DNA of 64,000 nt, from contig CAWKDB010000011.1 of assembly GCA_963848295.1 (NCBI GenBank), positions 256,001 through 320,000 on the forward strand, read 5' to 3'. The notes under the pieces are model-generated. The model saw only the letters and a list, made by a program, of their open reading frames with translations, had not been told where the DNA came from and searched no databases. Source of the stretch: an uncultured delta proteobacterium (lineage in GTDB: Bacteria > Myxococcota_A > Polyangia > Haliangiales > Haliangiaceae). Below, one piece after another: positions 45,221 to 55,576 of this stretch (the first letter of the stretch is position 1; every line of letters starts with the position of its first letter). Position numbers and translations under genes: made by a program.

Positions 45221-45235
45221 CGCGGGGAACTTACC

Positions 45236-46639
45236 TCAGTAACGGTGCGAGCGCAGCGCACGAAGCGCCGCCGGTGGCACGTGCGGCGTGGCGTGCCTCG
45301 GCGCCAGCCGGCCTTGCGGCAGCGATGCGGTGACGCCGGTCCACTGTTCGAGCTCGGCGATCGCGGCACCTTCGTCGGCGGTCGACAGCGTGGCGATGTC
45401 CGAAGCGTGCGTGCCCATCGGCGCGACCAGCTCCTGCGAATTCGTCGCGCTGCCGAGCGTGAACGCGCCGCCGGTCCACGGGTCCCACTGGCCGTAGATG
45501 AAGATCAGGTCGTCGCCCGCGCCTTGCACGTAGCTATCGATGTCGTGCATCGCGGCGCCACCGTCGAATGCGGGCAGCGCCACGCCGATCGGGAACGCGC
45601 CGTCGTAGTCGCTGTCGCTATAGATCTCGTACGGCGCGAGATAGTCGGTGCCGCCGTCGGGATAGCCGAGCTGGTAGTACGCCTGATAGACATAGGCCTC
45701 GAACTCCGCCGATTGCTCGTCGTCGCTGTCCGACACCGGCGAGATCGCGCCGAGGAACGCCCAGATGTCGGCGTCGCTCGCGGTGGTCGCCGGAACGTTC
45801 GGGCAGTCCGCGACGCCGTGATACTGCCAGAACGACCACTCGAGCTGGTCGACCGCGCTCTCGACCGCCGGACCGATCGCGATCCGGGTATAGCCGTAGC
45901 CTTGGTCCGCCGCTTCGGTCGCGGCCTGCGCTTCGAGCATCGCCCGCCGGTTCTGGAGCATCTCGACCGCCAGGTCGCGGACGGCTTGGTGACACGCGGG
46001 CGTGCCGACCGCCGCGACAAACGCCGGATAGCGCTCGTCGGGTGCGCCGAACGATAGCGGCGCGACGTACGGGACGGTCCCGACGACGTCGCTCGGGTAG
46101 AACCGGCGATGAAACGCCGCGGTCATCCCGCCCTTGCTGCCGCCGGTCGTGATGAACGGTCCGCGATAGATCGTCTGGAGCGCCGCGATGATCGCGTGCT
46201 CGTCCGCCGCCATCTGCGCGATCGTCAGCTTCGACCAATCCGCGGGATCGGGACGCGACGTGCCGAAGAACCGGTGCTCGATCGAGATCTGGTTCGCCGC
46301 GAACATCTGGGTCAGCTCGACCTCGTCGTCGAGGTAGTAGTCCCAGTAGCCCGAGGTGTGGACGATCATCGGCGCGCCGACGTCGCGATGGAGCAGCGAG
46401 ACCTCCTGCTGGAACGTCGCGCTGTTCGGATCGTCGTGGTCGACCGGCTGGGTGAACTCGAGCACGATGTACGTGACGCCCGGGTCCGCGGTCGGGACGG
46501 TCTGCGCGGTGACGCCGGGCAGCGCCTGGAGCGCGGCGAGGATCTGGTCGGGCCCGGGTGGCGCGTCGGGCTGCGCAGATCCGTGCTCGCCGCAGCCGGC
46601 GAGTGCCCAGGCTGCTGCCACCGCCGCTGCCAACCGCAT
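45236..46639 (-). CDS. secreted serine peptidase (S28/S37, tripeptidyl-aminopeptidase-like) lipoprotein
   Basis: LAGC lipobox, QPVDH, IEHRFFG, GGSKGG, YGQWDPW. Confidence 0.85.
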   Translation of the reverse strand: MRLAAAVAAAWALAGCGEHGSAQPDAPPGPDQILAALQALPGVTAQTVPTADPGVTYIVLEFTQPVDHDDPNSATFQQEVSLLHRDVGAPMIVHTSGYWDYYLDDEVELTQMFAANQISIEHRFFGTSRPDPADWSKLTIAQMAADEHAIIAALQTIYRGPFITTGGSKGGMTAAFHRRFYPSDVVGTVPYVAPLSFGAPDERYPAFVAAVGTPACHQAVRDLAVEMLQNRRAMLEAQAATEAADQGYGYTRIAIGPAVESAVDQLEWSFWQYHGVADCPNVPATTASDADIWAFLGAISPVSDSDDEQSAEFEAYVYQAYYQLGYPDGGTDYLAPYEIYSDSDYDGAFPIGVALPAFDGGAAMHDIDSYVQGAGDDLIFIYGQWDPWTGGAFTLGSATNSQELVAPMGTHASDIATLSTADEGAAIAELEQWTGVTASLPQGRLAPRHATPHVPPAALRALRSHRY

Positions 46640-46688
46640 GGGTCGAGCTTGCCACGCCGGCCGCCGCAGTGTGGTAGGCATGCGCCCC

Positions 46689-47780
<1,092 letters not shown>

Positions 47781-47784
<4 letters not shown>

Positions 47785-48638
47785 GAGCTCGCCGCGGGAT
47801 CGGATTCGTCGTCGCCGCGGCGATCACGTGGGGGACGTGGAGCTGTTTCGTCCGCCCGGCGGGCGTCTCGGTCCTGATCTCGGCGCCGATCGTGTTCGCG
47901 ATCATGGGGCTCGCGGCGCTGCCGCTCGCATGGCGCGAATCGAAGGCGCGGTGGGATCGCACGACAGCGTGGCTGCTCGTCGGCAACACGCTGTTCGACG
48001 CGCTCAATGTCGTGACGTTCTTCGCGGCGATGCAACACACGACGCTCGCGATCGCGGTGATGACGCACTACGCGGCCCCGGTGATCATCGCGATCGCCGC
48101 GCCGCGGATCGACAAGGTGCGAGTTGCTGGCGCGATTCCGGCGGCGCTCGTCGCCTTGGTCGGCCTCGCGATCGTGCTCGAGCCGTGGCGCGGCGGTCCG
48201 GCCGACGCTACGCACGACGCGTTCGTGGGTGGTGCGCTCGGGCTCGCGTCCGCGTTTTGCTATGCGGGCAACGTGTTCGTCGTGCGCCGGCTCGCCGAGC
48301 GGATCGGCAACGGCCGGGCGCTGGCGTTTCACTCGATCCTCGCGGCGCTCGTGCTCGCGCCGTTCGCGTGGCTCGCTTCCACCGGGCTGCGCGGGATCGC
48401 CAGCCTCGGCTTGCTGGCGATGGGCGCCGTGCTGTGTGGTACGGCGGCAGGCTACATCTACATCATCGGGCTGCGCGAGACCGGCAGCGCGCGCGCCGGC
48501 GTGCTCGCGTTCGCCGAGCCGATCGTGGTGGTCATCGTCGGCGCGCTGGTCTGGCACGAAGCGATCCATCCCGCGGCCGCGATCGGCGGCGTGCTCGTGC
48601 TCGCAGCCGGGATCCACGTCGCCCGCCAAGCGCGGTAA
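47781..48638 (+). CDS. DMT/EamA family transporter
   Basis: About ten TM segments in two repeats, HYAAPV, FAEPIV; GTG overlaps the ychF stop. Confidence 0.85.
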
Positions 48639-48649
48639 GCTCGAGGACC

Positions 48650-49673
48650 ATGCCGCCGCGTGTCACGATCGCGATGCCCGCGTACAACGAGGAACGCTAC
48701 ATCGAGGCGTGCATCGCGAGCGTTCAGCACCAGGACTACCCGAAGGACCTGATCGAGATCCTGATCGCGGACGGTCGGTCGACCGATCGCACGCTCGAGA
48801 TCCTCGCGCAGCTCGCGGAGCGCGATCCGCGGATCAAGATCGTCGACAATCCCGATCGGCTGCAAGCCGCCGGACTCGTGCGGCTCGTCAAGCAGGCGCA
48901 CGGCGACATCATCGTGCGGATGGACGTGCACTGCGAGTACGCCGCGGACTATGTCCGCAAGTGTGTCGAGACGATCGAGCGCACCGGCGCCGACAACGTC
49001 GGCGGTGCCCAGCGCGCCAAGGCCAAGACGTTCTTCCAGCGCGCGTTGTGCGCCGCGCTCGCGAGCCCGCTCGGGGTCGGCGGCGCGAAGTATCGCTCGG
49101 CCGACGCCGACGGCTTCGTCGACACCGTGTTCCTCGGCGCGTTTCGTCGGCGCGTGTTCGAGACCGTCGGGATGTGGGACCCGCGCGCGATCACGAACGA
49201 GGATGCCGAGCTCAACCAGCGCATCCTCGAGTCCGGCGGCCAGATCTACTTGTCGCGCGACATCGTCGTGCACTACTTCCCGCGCGATTCGTACGCGACG
49301 CTCGCGAAACAATACTTCAAGTACGGTCGCGGTCGCGCGCGCACGCTTGATCAAGCTCGGCCGATTCCCCACGCTGCGCCCCGCCCTGCCGTTCCTGCTC
49401 GTTGCCGGCGCGGGCACGATCGCGCTGACGCCGCCGCTCTGGCCGGTCGGTCCGCTCGCATCCGCCGCCTACGCCCTCGCGACCGGCGCCGAGGCCGTCC
49501 GAGTCGGCGGCGCCCTCGGCCCCCGATCGATCGCGGCCGTGTGGGCCATGTTCCCGGTCCTCCACATCTCGCACGGCATCGGCTTCGCAGCCGGCCTCTG
49601 GCAATACCTCCGCCACCCCGACTGGCCCAAAGACCCGGAGCGCCTGCGCAAAGCCGTCCTACGCGCCGTGTAA
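48650..49673 (+). CDS. GT2 glycosyltransferase (ExoA-like), frameshift near 49346
   Basis: MPAYNEE, DGRSTD, RMDVH, NEDAELNQR, KQYFKYG; C-terminal TM part in another frame. Confidence 0.9.
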
Positions 49674-49677
49674 TGGT

Positions 49678-49779
49678 GACGCTGTCTCTTTTGTCAACTT
49701 GCCGGAGCGCGCGTGTCTCCCAACACCCTGTAATCATCTAGCTTCCGTGAGGGACGCTGTCTCTTTTGTCAACTTGCCG
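49678..49779. repeat. two perfect 27-bp direct repeats separated by 48 bp
   Basis: GACGCTGTCTCTTTTGTCAACTTGCCG at 49678-49704 and 49753-49779. Confidence 0.9.
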
Positions 49780-49782
49780 CCC

Positions 49783-52700
49783 TCAGCTCAAGACGTGCGC
49801 TCGGCCGGCTTCGATCGCGATGAGCTCGCGCGCTTGCGCCAGCTGGACCCCGCGGGCGACCCGCTCGGTGACTCGCGAATCGATCCGGCCGTAGCCGAGC
49901 AATCGGGCCGCATCGCGCACGAGGTCGGCGCTCGAGATGCCACCCGCGCGCTCGACGACGACGCGCGCCGCCGCGGCTAGCTCGGACAGCGGGACCTCGG
50001 CGATATCGCGCCGCGTGCCGGGCGCGCTGCTCGCGACGCGAACGCCGGGCAGCGTCGCCGGATCTTGATCGACGCGCCACACCACGCCCTGCTCGTCACC
50101 GAGTCGGCCGCGACCGGTGATCGCCGCCTTCACTTGGGCGGAGACCTCGGGAGTCATTCGACCGACGCCGAAGTACGCACCGACTCGCCGCGCGAGCAGA
50201 TCGACGTGCATCGGCGCTTCGGCGGCGAGCACTTGCTCGACGACCTTGCCGAGCTCGGCGCCGTGGCGCGCTGCGAACATGTCGTCGGGGGCGCGCCGGC
50301 CGGCTGGAATCGCGGCGGCGACGTACGGCGCGATCGCGATCGCACCGCGGGCCAGCCGCATCGGCGTGGTCTGTGCGTTGTCGATCGAACCGCACAGCGG
50401 CGCGGGCCCGGATCCCGACGCGAGCTCGGCCGTAACCGCGGTCGGTCGCGAACCGCGAGCCGGCACCGTGCCGCGTGCGAACCGCGGAGCCGCGGTCGGT
50501 CCGGTCGCGACCCGTTTCTGGCGCAGCGCCGCGATCGCTGCGACGATCGCGCCGTGGGCGCGCTGGATCTCGCGCTCGGAGTCGTACCACCAGTCGAACG
50601 ACCAGATCCGATGCGTCCGCCAGCCGAGCTGCGCGAGCTGCTGCGCGCGCAACCGGTCGCGATCGCGCGCCGACCCCGCCGACGCGTAGCCCTCGCCGTC
50701 GTGCTCGATCGCGAGCACGAACCGCGCATCGTCGTCGGGATCGACGACCGCGAGATCGAGCTTGTACGGTCCGACCCCGACGCGATGGCGCAGCGTCCAG
50801 CCTCGATCCATCAGCGCGCGCGCGATCGCTGCGGTGATCGGGCTCGCCGGCGCCGCGCCCGCGGAGCACCCGACGCCGCCACCCGCGCGCGCGAACCGCA
50901 ATAGCTCGGCGAGCTCGCGATGGGCGGGCGCGTCACCGAGAGCGTCGCCGAGCTCGTCGCCGAGCGCGGCCGGATCGTGCGGCGACACGACGACCAGCTG
51001 ATCTCTCGCGCGCGTGACCGCGACGTTGAGCCAGCTCTCTCCCTGCGGCATCGCGAGCGCGTCGAACGGCCCGTAGGCGGCGAGGACGATGACGTCGCGC
51101 TCGTCGCCCATCATGCGATCCGGGGTCGCGACCAAGACGTGCTCGACCCGGGCCGCTTCGAGCTTGGCTTCGAGCTCGCCGCGGATCTCCGCGGATAGCG
51201 CGACGATCGCGACCGATCGGCCGCGTCTCACGGCCTCGCCGATCGCGGCGTCGCTCGTTCCGTCGCGCCAGGAGACGCCGCGCTCGCCCGTGCGTTGCGC
51301 GGCCGGCAGCACCTGGATACGACCCGCGTACGTGCGCGTCGCGGGCAGCGCGAACAGATCCTCGTGCCGGCTGCGATAGTGAGCGCCGAGCAGCAGCACC
51401 GGCAACCCGGCGGCGATCGCGTCCGCGTAGAGCCCGGGGCCGCGCGCCGGCGAGAGCTGACGATCGTCGCCGATCACGATGACCGCGTTCGCGCGAGCGA
51501 GCGCTCCGAGCGCCGCTCCCGTCGGTAACCGCGACGCCTCGTCGAAGATCACGACATCGAACGGTGGCCGCACCGGATCGAGATGCGCAGCGACCGCCGC
51601 CGGTGTCGCGAGCACGCACGCAGCGGTTCGAGCGGCCAACGCGCGCGCGCGACCGAGCGCGAGCGTGCTGCGTTCGAGCTCGCCGAACGAGGTGATCCGC
51701 GCGTGGTGCGCCGCGCCGTCGAAGCGAGCGAGGGCCGGCCACCGCGCGAGCTCGCTATCCGCCCACCCGAGCAACGTCGCGCGCTCCCACGTCGCGGCGA
51801 GCTCGGCGGCAGCAACCTCGCCGCGATCGATCGCCGCGATCGCCGCGTGGATGCTCGCATCGACCGCCGCGCGGCGCGCGAGCTGGTAACGCACCCAGTC
51901 GGCGAGCGCTGGCGCCAGCGGCGACAACAGCTCTAGTTGGTCGCGCAGCTGGACGAGGTGATCGGCGCCGGAGCCGAGCGCCGATTCGGCGATGCCGGTC
52001 GCGGCGGCGAGCGCGGCGAGCGCGGCGCGCCAGCGCACGGTGGCAGCCGCCAGGGTCGCGAATGCGGTGAGCTCTGTGCCGGTCTCGCCCGTCGTCGCGG
52101 CGACCTGCGCGACCAACGCGCGCCACGCCGCTTGCTTCGCGGTCTCGCCGCCGTGCACGGTCACTTGATCGAACGCGCGCCGCAGCTCGCCGGCCCACGT
52201 CACCGCGGTCTCGAGGCTGCCGAGCGACGCCGCGAGCAGATCCGCGGATACCAGGTCGCCGAACCACCGCCGCGCCGGCTCGGATGCCGCGAGCAACGCC
52301 GCCCGGCACGCGCGCTCCGCGATCACCGCCTCGAGCGCGGTGACCATGGCCGCGTCGCTCTCGAGGTGACCGGCGGCGCGGACCTGCGCTCGCGCGGTGC
52401 GCAGCGCGAGGTAGCGCACTGGCGCGGCGCTGTGCGACCAGCGGCGGAGTTGCGTCCACAACGCGGACGCGTCGAGCGTCTCGCACGGGGCGACGTCGCC
52501 GAACGTCGACTCGACCTCGGTCACGAGCGCGCGATGACGCGTCGCGATCGCGAGAAACGCGGTCGGATCGCGGGGCACGTCGAGCGTGCCGACGCCGCGC
52601 GCGCGAAGCAGCGCGATCTTCTCGTCGAGATCGTCCTTCGCGCTGCGTACGGTCGTCAGCAACTCGGCGCCGGGTCGCGCCGACGCGGCAGCGAGCCGAG

Positions 52701-54237
52701 CGAGCTCGCCGAGCGCGACGAGCTGTTCGGGCGTCCGCGACATCAGACCGGGGACGAGCGCGGCGACCTCCGCGAGCGCGGCGGCGAGCTCGTCGACCGC
52801 GATGCGCGCTTCGCCCAACGCGGCGCTGGCCGTCGTGACGCACGCGTCGCTATCGGCGTTCAGCCGATCGACGTTCGCGGCCCGCCACGGGTGAGTCGCG
52901 ACCGGCTCGACCGCAGCGGCAGCGGTCGCGAGCTCGGTGACCGCGCGCCTGCGGCGTTCGAACGTGTGGCGATCGAGCGACGGCGCATCGGCCTCGGCGA
53001 GGGCAGCGCACGGCGCGGTGCGCAGCTCGACCAGCCGACCGAGCGCGGCGTGCATCGACATGCCGAAGCCGCCAACCGCGTGCAACGCGCGAGCATAATC
53101 GTCGAGGGCGGTGCGAGCTTCGCCGAGCCGAGCCGGATCGCGCGGGCCGCGCGGTGGCTGCGCCGGGCGAGTGACTCGAGCGAGCGCCGCCGCCGGCACA
53201 GGAGCTTTGTCGAGGTTGACGCACAGGTCGCCGAGCCCGATCGCGGCGAGCCGGTCGTGCACGACGTCGAGCGCGAGCGTGCGATCGCTGACCACGAGCG
53301 CGGTCTTGCCGAGCGCCGCGCAATGCGCGATCGCGTTCGCGATCGTCTGCGACTTTCCGCTGCCCGGCGGCCCCGCAAGCACGAAGCTCTCGCCGGCGCC
53401 GATCGCGGCGATCGCGGCGATCTGACTCGCATCGGCGTCGAGCGGTGCGGTCACGCTGTCGAGCTCGGTCGGCGCCGTAAACGTCGGCCCCTCGGCCTGA
53501 GGAGTCGACCGTCCTTCGCTTCGCGCGGACAGCCGATCGATCGATCGGCCTCGGGGCGCGAGCGCTGGCGGAGTCGCGTCGCCGCACAGCCACGCGATCG
53601 GCGCGCGATCGAGCGCGGCATCATCGAGGCTATCGAGATCGCGCCGCAGGTCGTGAGCGGCAAACGACAGCGCGACCAGCCGAGCCGCGCGGTCGAGCGT
53701 CCACCCCGGCTGGGCTTCGGCGAGCGCAGCGGCCGCATCGAGTAGCGTCGCGAGATCGCCGTCGGCGCCGAGCACGTGGCCGCGTTCGGCGAGCGCTTCG
53801 ACGAGCGGCTGATTGATTCGCGGCAACGCGCCGGTCGCGGCGACGAGCCTGAGCCCACCCGGCGCGCGTTGCAGCTCGACCGGCATCAGCCACAGCGGCG
53901 CGAGGGCTCCGCCGTCCCAGCCGAGCAAGCCCGCCGCGAGCCACAAGCCGTGGCTGCCTTCGGCGCGGGCATCGTCGGCGGCGCGGCGCAGCGCGCGCAG
54001 CTCGCGGGCGAGGTCGTCGGCGGCCATCGCGATCCGCAGCCGGCCGACCTCGAGCGCGCCGGCCTCCCCGGCCTCGACGACATAGCCCGAGCCCGCGGCG
54101 AGCGCGAACGAGATCCGGATCGGATCGACGCCGGCGAGCGCGAGCCCGTGGTCGCGGAGCTCGACCAGCGAGTCGCTGGCGGGATCGAGGAGTGACTGCG
54201 TCCAGGTTGCGATGCGCGCGCGCGCGGCGGGGGTCAC
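49783..54237 (-). CDS. DUF4011 / SF1 helicase / Vsr-like nuclease / DUF3320 protein
   Basis: N-terminal LLD...LAPLWLMPVEL...IN (DUF4011-like); GPPGSGKSQTIAN, DEAS, GDDRQL, HYRS, GDERD, LNVAVTRAR; KLDLAV...AIEHDG...RDRDRLR...LGW...IWS nuclease; C-terminal winged-helix-like part. Confidence 0.82.
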   Translation of the reverse strand: MTPAARARIATWTQSLLDPASDSLVELRDHGLALAGVDPIRISFALAAGSGYVVEAGEAGALEVGRLRIAMAADDLARELRALRRAADDARAEGSHGLWLAAGLLGWDGGALAPLWLMPVELQRAPGGLRLVAATGALPRINQPLVEALAERGHVLGADGDLATLLDAAAALAEAQPGWTLDRAARLVALSFAAHDLRRDLDSLDDAALDRAPIAWLCGDATPPALAPRGRSIDRLSARSEGRSTPQAEGPTFTAPTELDSVTAPLDADASQIAAIAAIGAGESFVLAGPPGSGKSQTIANAIAHCAALGKTALVVSDRTLALDVVHDRLAAIGLGDLCVNLDKAPVPAAALARVTRPAQPPRGPRDPARLGEARTALDDYARALHAVGGFGMSMHAALGRLVELRTAPCAALAEADAPSLDRHTFERRRRAVTELATAAAAVEPVATHPWRAANVDRLNADSDACVTTASAALGEARIAVDELAAALAEVAALVPGLMSRTPEQLVALGELARLAAASARPGAELLTTVRSAKDDLDEKIALLRARGVGTLDVPRDPTAFLAIATRHRALVTEVESTFGDVAPCETLDASALWTQLRRWSHSAAPVRYLALRTARAQVRAAGHLESDAAMVTALEAVIAERACRAALLAASEPARRWFGDLVSADLLAASLGSLETAVTWAGELRRAFDQVTVHGGETAKQAAWRALVAQVAATTGETGTELTAFATLAAATVRWRAALAALAAATGIAESALGSGADHLVQLRDQLELLSPLAPALADWVRYQLARRAAVDASIHAAIAAIDRGEVAAAELAATWERATLLGWADSELARWPALARFDGAAHHARITSFGELERSTLALGRARALAARTAACVLATPAAVAAHLDPVRPPFDVVIFDEASRLPTGAALGALARANAVIVIGDDRQLSPARGPGLYADAIAAGLPVLLLGAHYRSRHEDLFALPATRTYAGRIQVLPAAQRTGERGVSWRDGTSDAAIGEAVRRGRSVAIVALSAEIRGELEAKLEAARVEHVLVATPDRMMGDERDVIVLAAYGPFDALAMPQGESWLNVAVTRARDQLVVVSPHDPAALGDELGDALGDAPAHRELAELLRFARAGGGVGCSAGAAPASPITAAIARALMDRGWTLRHRVGVGPYKLDLAVVDPDDDARFVLAIEHDGEGYASAGSARDRDRLRAQQLAQLGWRTHRIWSFDWWYDSEREIQRAHGAIVAAIAALRQKRVATGPTAAPRFARGTVPARGSRPTAVTAELASGSGPAPLCGSIDNAQTTPMRLARGAIAIAPYVAAAIPAGRRAPDDMFAARHGAELGKVVEQVLAAEAPMHVDLLARRVGAYFGVGRMTPEVSAQVKAAITGRGRLGDEQGVVWRVDQDPATLPGVRVASSAPGTRRDIAEVPLSELAAAARVVVERAGGISSADLVRDAARLLGYGRIDSRVTERVARGVQLAQARELIAIEAGRAHVLS

Positions 54238-54394
54238 TGCCCCAATCTGATCCTATGGGCGCGTAGCTCCAAGAATTTGGCGGTCGCCGACGAGATCCCG
54301 GTCGACGCCAGGGCGCGACGCTCCCCGGCCCCGCCGATTCGGCCGCCGGTCACCATCCGCGGTCCCGGCTCGCACTCGCTGATACGCTCGGGCG

Positions 54395-55573
54395 GTGACC
54401 CTCGATCGCTGGGCGCTCTCCGCCGACGTGGTGCATCTGAACCACGGCTCGTACGGCGGAGTACCGCGCGACGTGCTCGCCACCGCAACCGGATGGCGGG
54501 CTCGACTCGAAGCGGCGCCGATGAGGTTCTACGTGCTCGACTGGCAACCCGAGCTCGATCGGGCGCGCGCCGTGCTCGCCGAGTTTGTCCGGGCGCCGGA
54601 CAGCCAGCTCGTGTTCGCACCGAACGCGACGACCGCGATCGCGACCGTGCTCGCGAGCCTTCGCGACCGGCTCGCCGCCGGCGACGAGCTGCTCACGACC
54701 AGCCACGCCTATCGCGCGGTCAAGAACCAGCTAGATCGCCTCGCCGGGGCGACCGGCGCACGGGTCGTGGTCGCGCCGATCGCGCTGCCGTACGATCCCG
54801 AGCAGACCGCCGCCGCGATCCTCGCCGCCGCGACGCCGCGCACGAAGCTCGCGGTGCTCGATCACATCACGTCGCCGACCGCGCTGCGCCTCCCGATCGA
54901 GCAGCTCGCGCCGGCGCTGTCCGCGCGCGGCATCGCGGTGCTGATCGACGGCGCGCACGCTCCGGGCCAGATCGAGCTCGACCTCGGCGCGCTGCTCGCG
55001 AGCGGGGTCAGCTGGTACGCCGGCAACAACCACAAGTGGCTGTGCGCGCCGAAAGCGAGCGGCTTCCTCGTCGCCGCGACGCCGGTCGCGCCGATCGTGA
55101 CGTCGCACGGCGCGAGCCCGGAGTACGGTCCGGCAAATCGATGGCACGCCGAGCTCGACTGGGCCGGCACGCACGATCCGTGCGTTCACCTCACGGTGCC
55201 GACGGCCATCGCGAGCATCGCGGCGCTCGGCGGTGGCTGGCCGGACGTGATCGCGCGCAACCACGCCGCCGCGCTCGACCTGCGCGATCGCGTGATCGAC
55301 GGTCTCGGTGGCACGCCGCATCGCTACCGCCTCGCGGATGATGCGTCGACCGGCGCGATGGCGGCGATCGAGATCGCCTTGCCCACCGACCTGACCCCGT
55401 TCGCGCTGCAACGCGCGCTGCTCGAGGACGGCTGGGAGGTCGCGATCGTCGACTTCGCGGCGGGACCGCTCGTCCGCATCAGTACGCACCTCTATAACGA
55501 GGCCGCCCAGGGCGATCTGCTCGCGCGCGAGCTGCATCGCCGGGGCGTGCGGCTACGCGCCGCGGTGCGCTGA
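54395..55573 (+). CDS. class V PLP enzyme (isopenicillin-N epimerase / C-S lyase-like)
   Basis: HLNHGSYG, NATTA, DHITSPT, IDGAHAPG, NNHKWLCAPK, RISTHLYN. Confidence 0.88.
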   Translation: MTLDRWALSADVVHLNHGSYGGVPRDVLATATGWRARLEAAPMRFYVLDWQPELDRARAVLAEFVRAPDSQLVFAPNATTAIATVLASLRDRLAAGDELLTTSHAYRAVKNQLDRLAGATGARVVVAPIALPYDPEQTAAAILAAATPRTKLAVLDHITSPTALRLPIEQLAPALSARGIAVLIDGAHAPGQIELDLGALLASGVSWYAGNNHKWLCAPKASGFLVAATPVAPIVTSHGASPEYGPANRWHAELDWAGTHDPCVHLTVPTAIASIAALGGGWPDVIARNHAAALDLRDRVIDGLGGTPHRYRLADDASTGAMAAIEIALPTDLTPFALQRALLEDGWEVAIVDFAAGPLVRISTHLYNEAAQGDLLARELHRRGVRLRAAVR

Positions 55574-55576
55574 GGC

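Noticed and set aside
49678..49779. Bona fide CRISPR array
   Set aside because: Only two repeats, a 48-bp spacer, and no leader or cas genes. Kept as an unexplained repeat.
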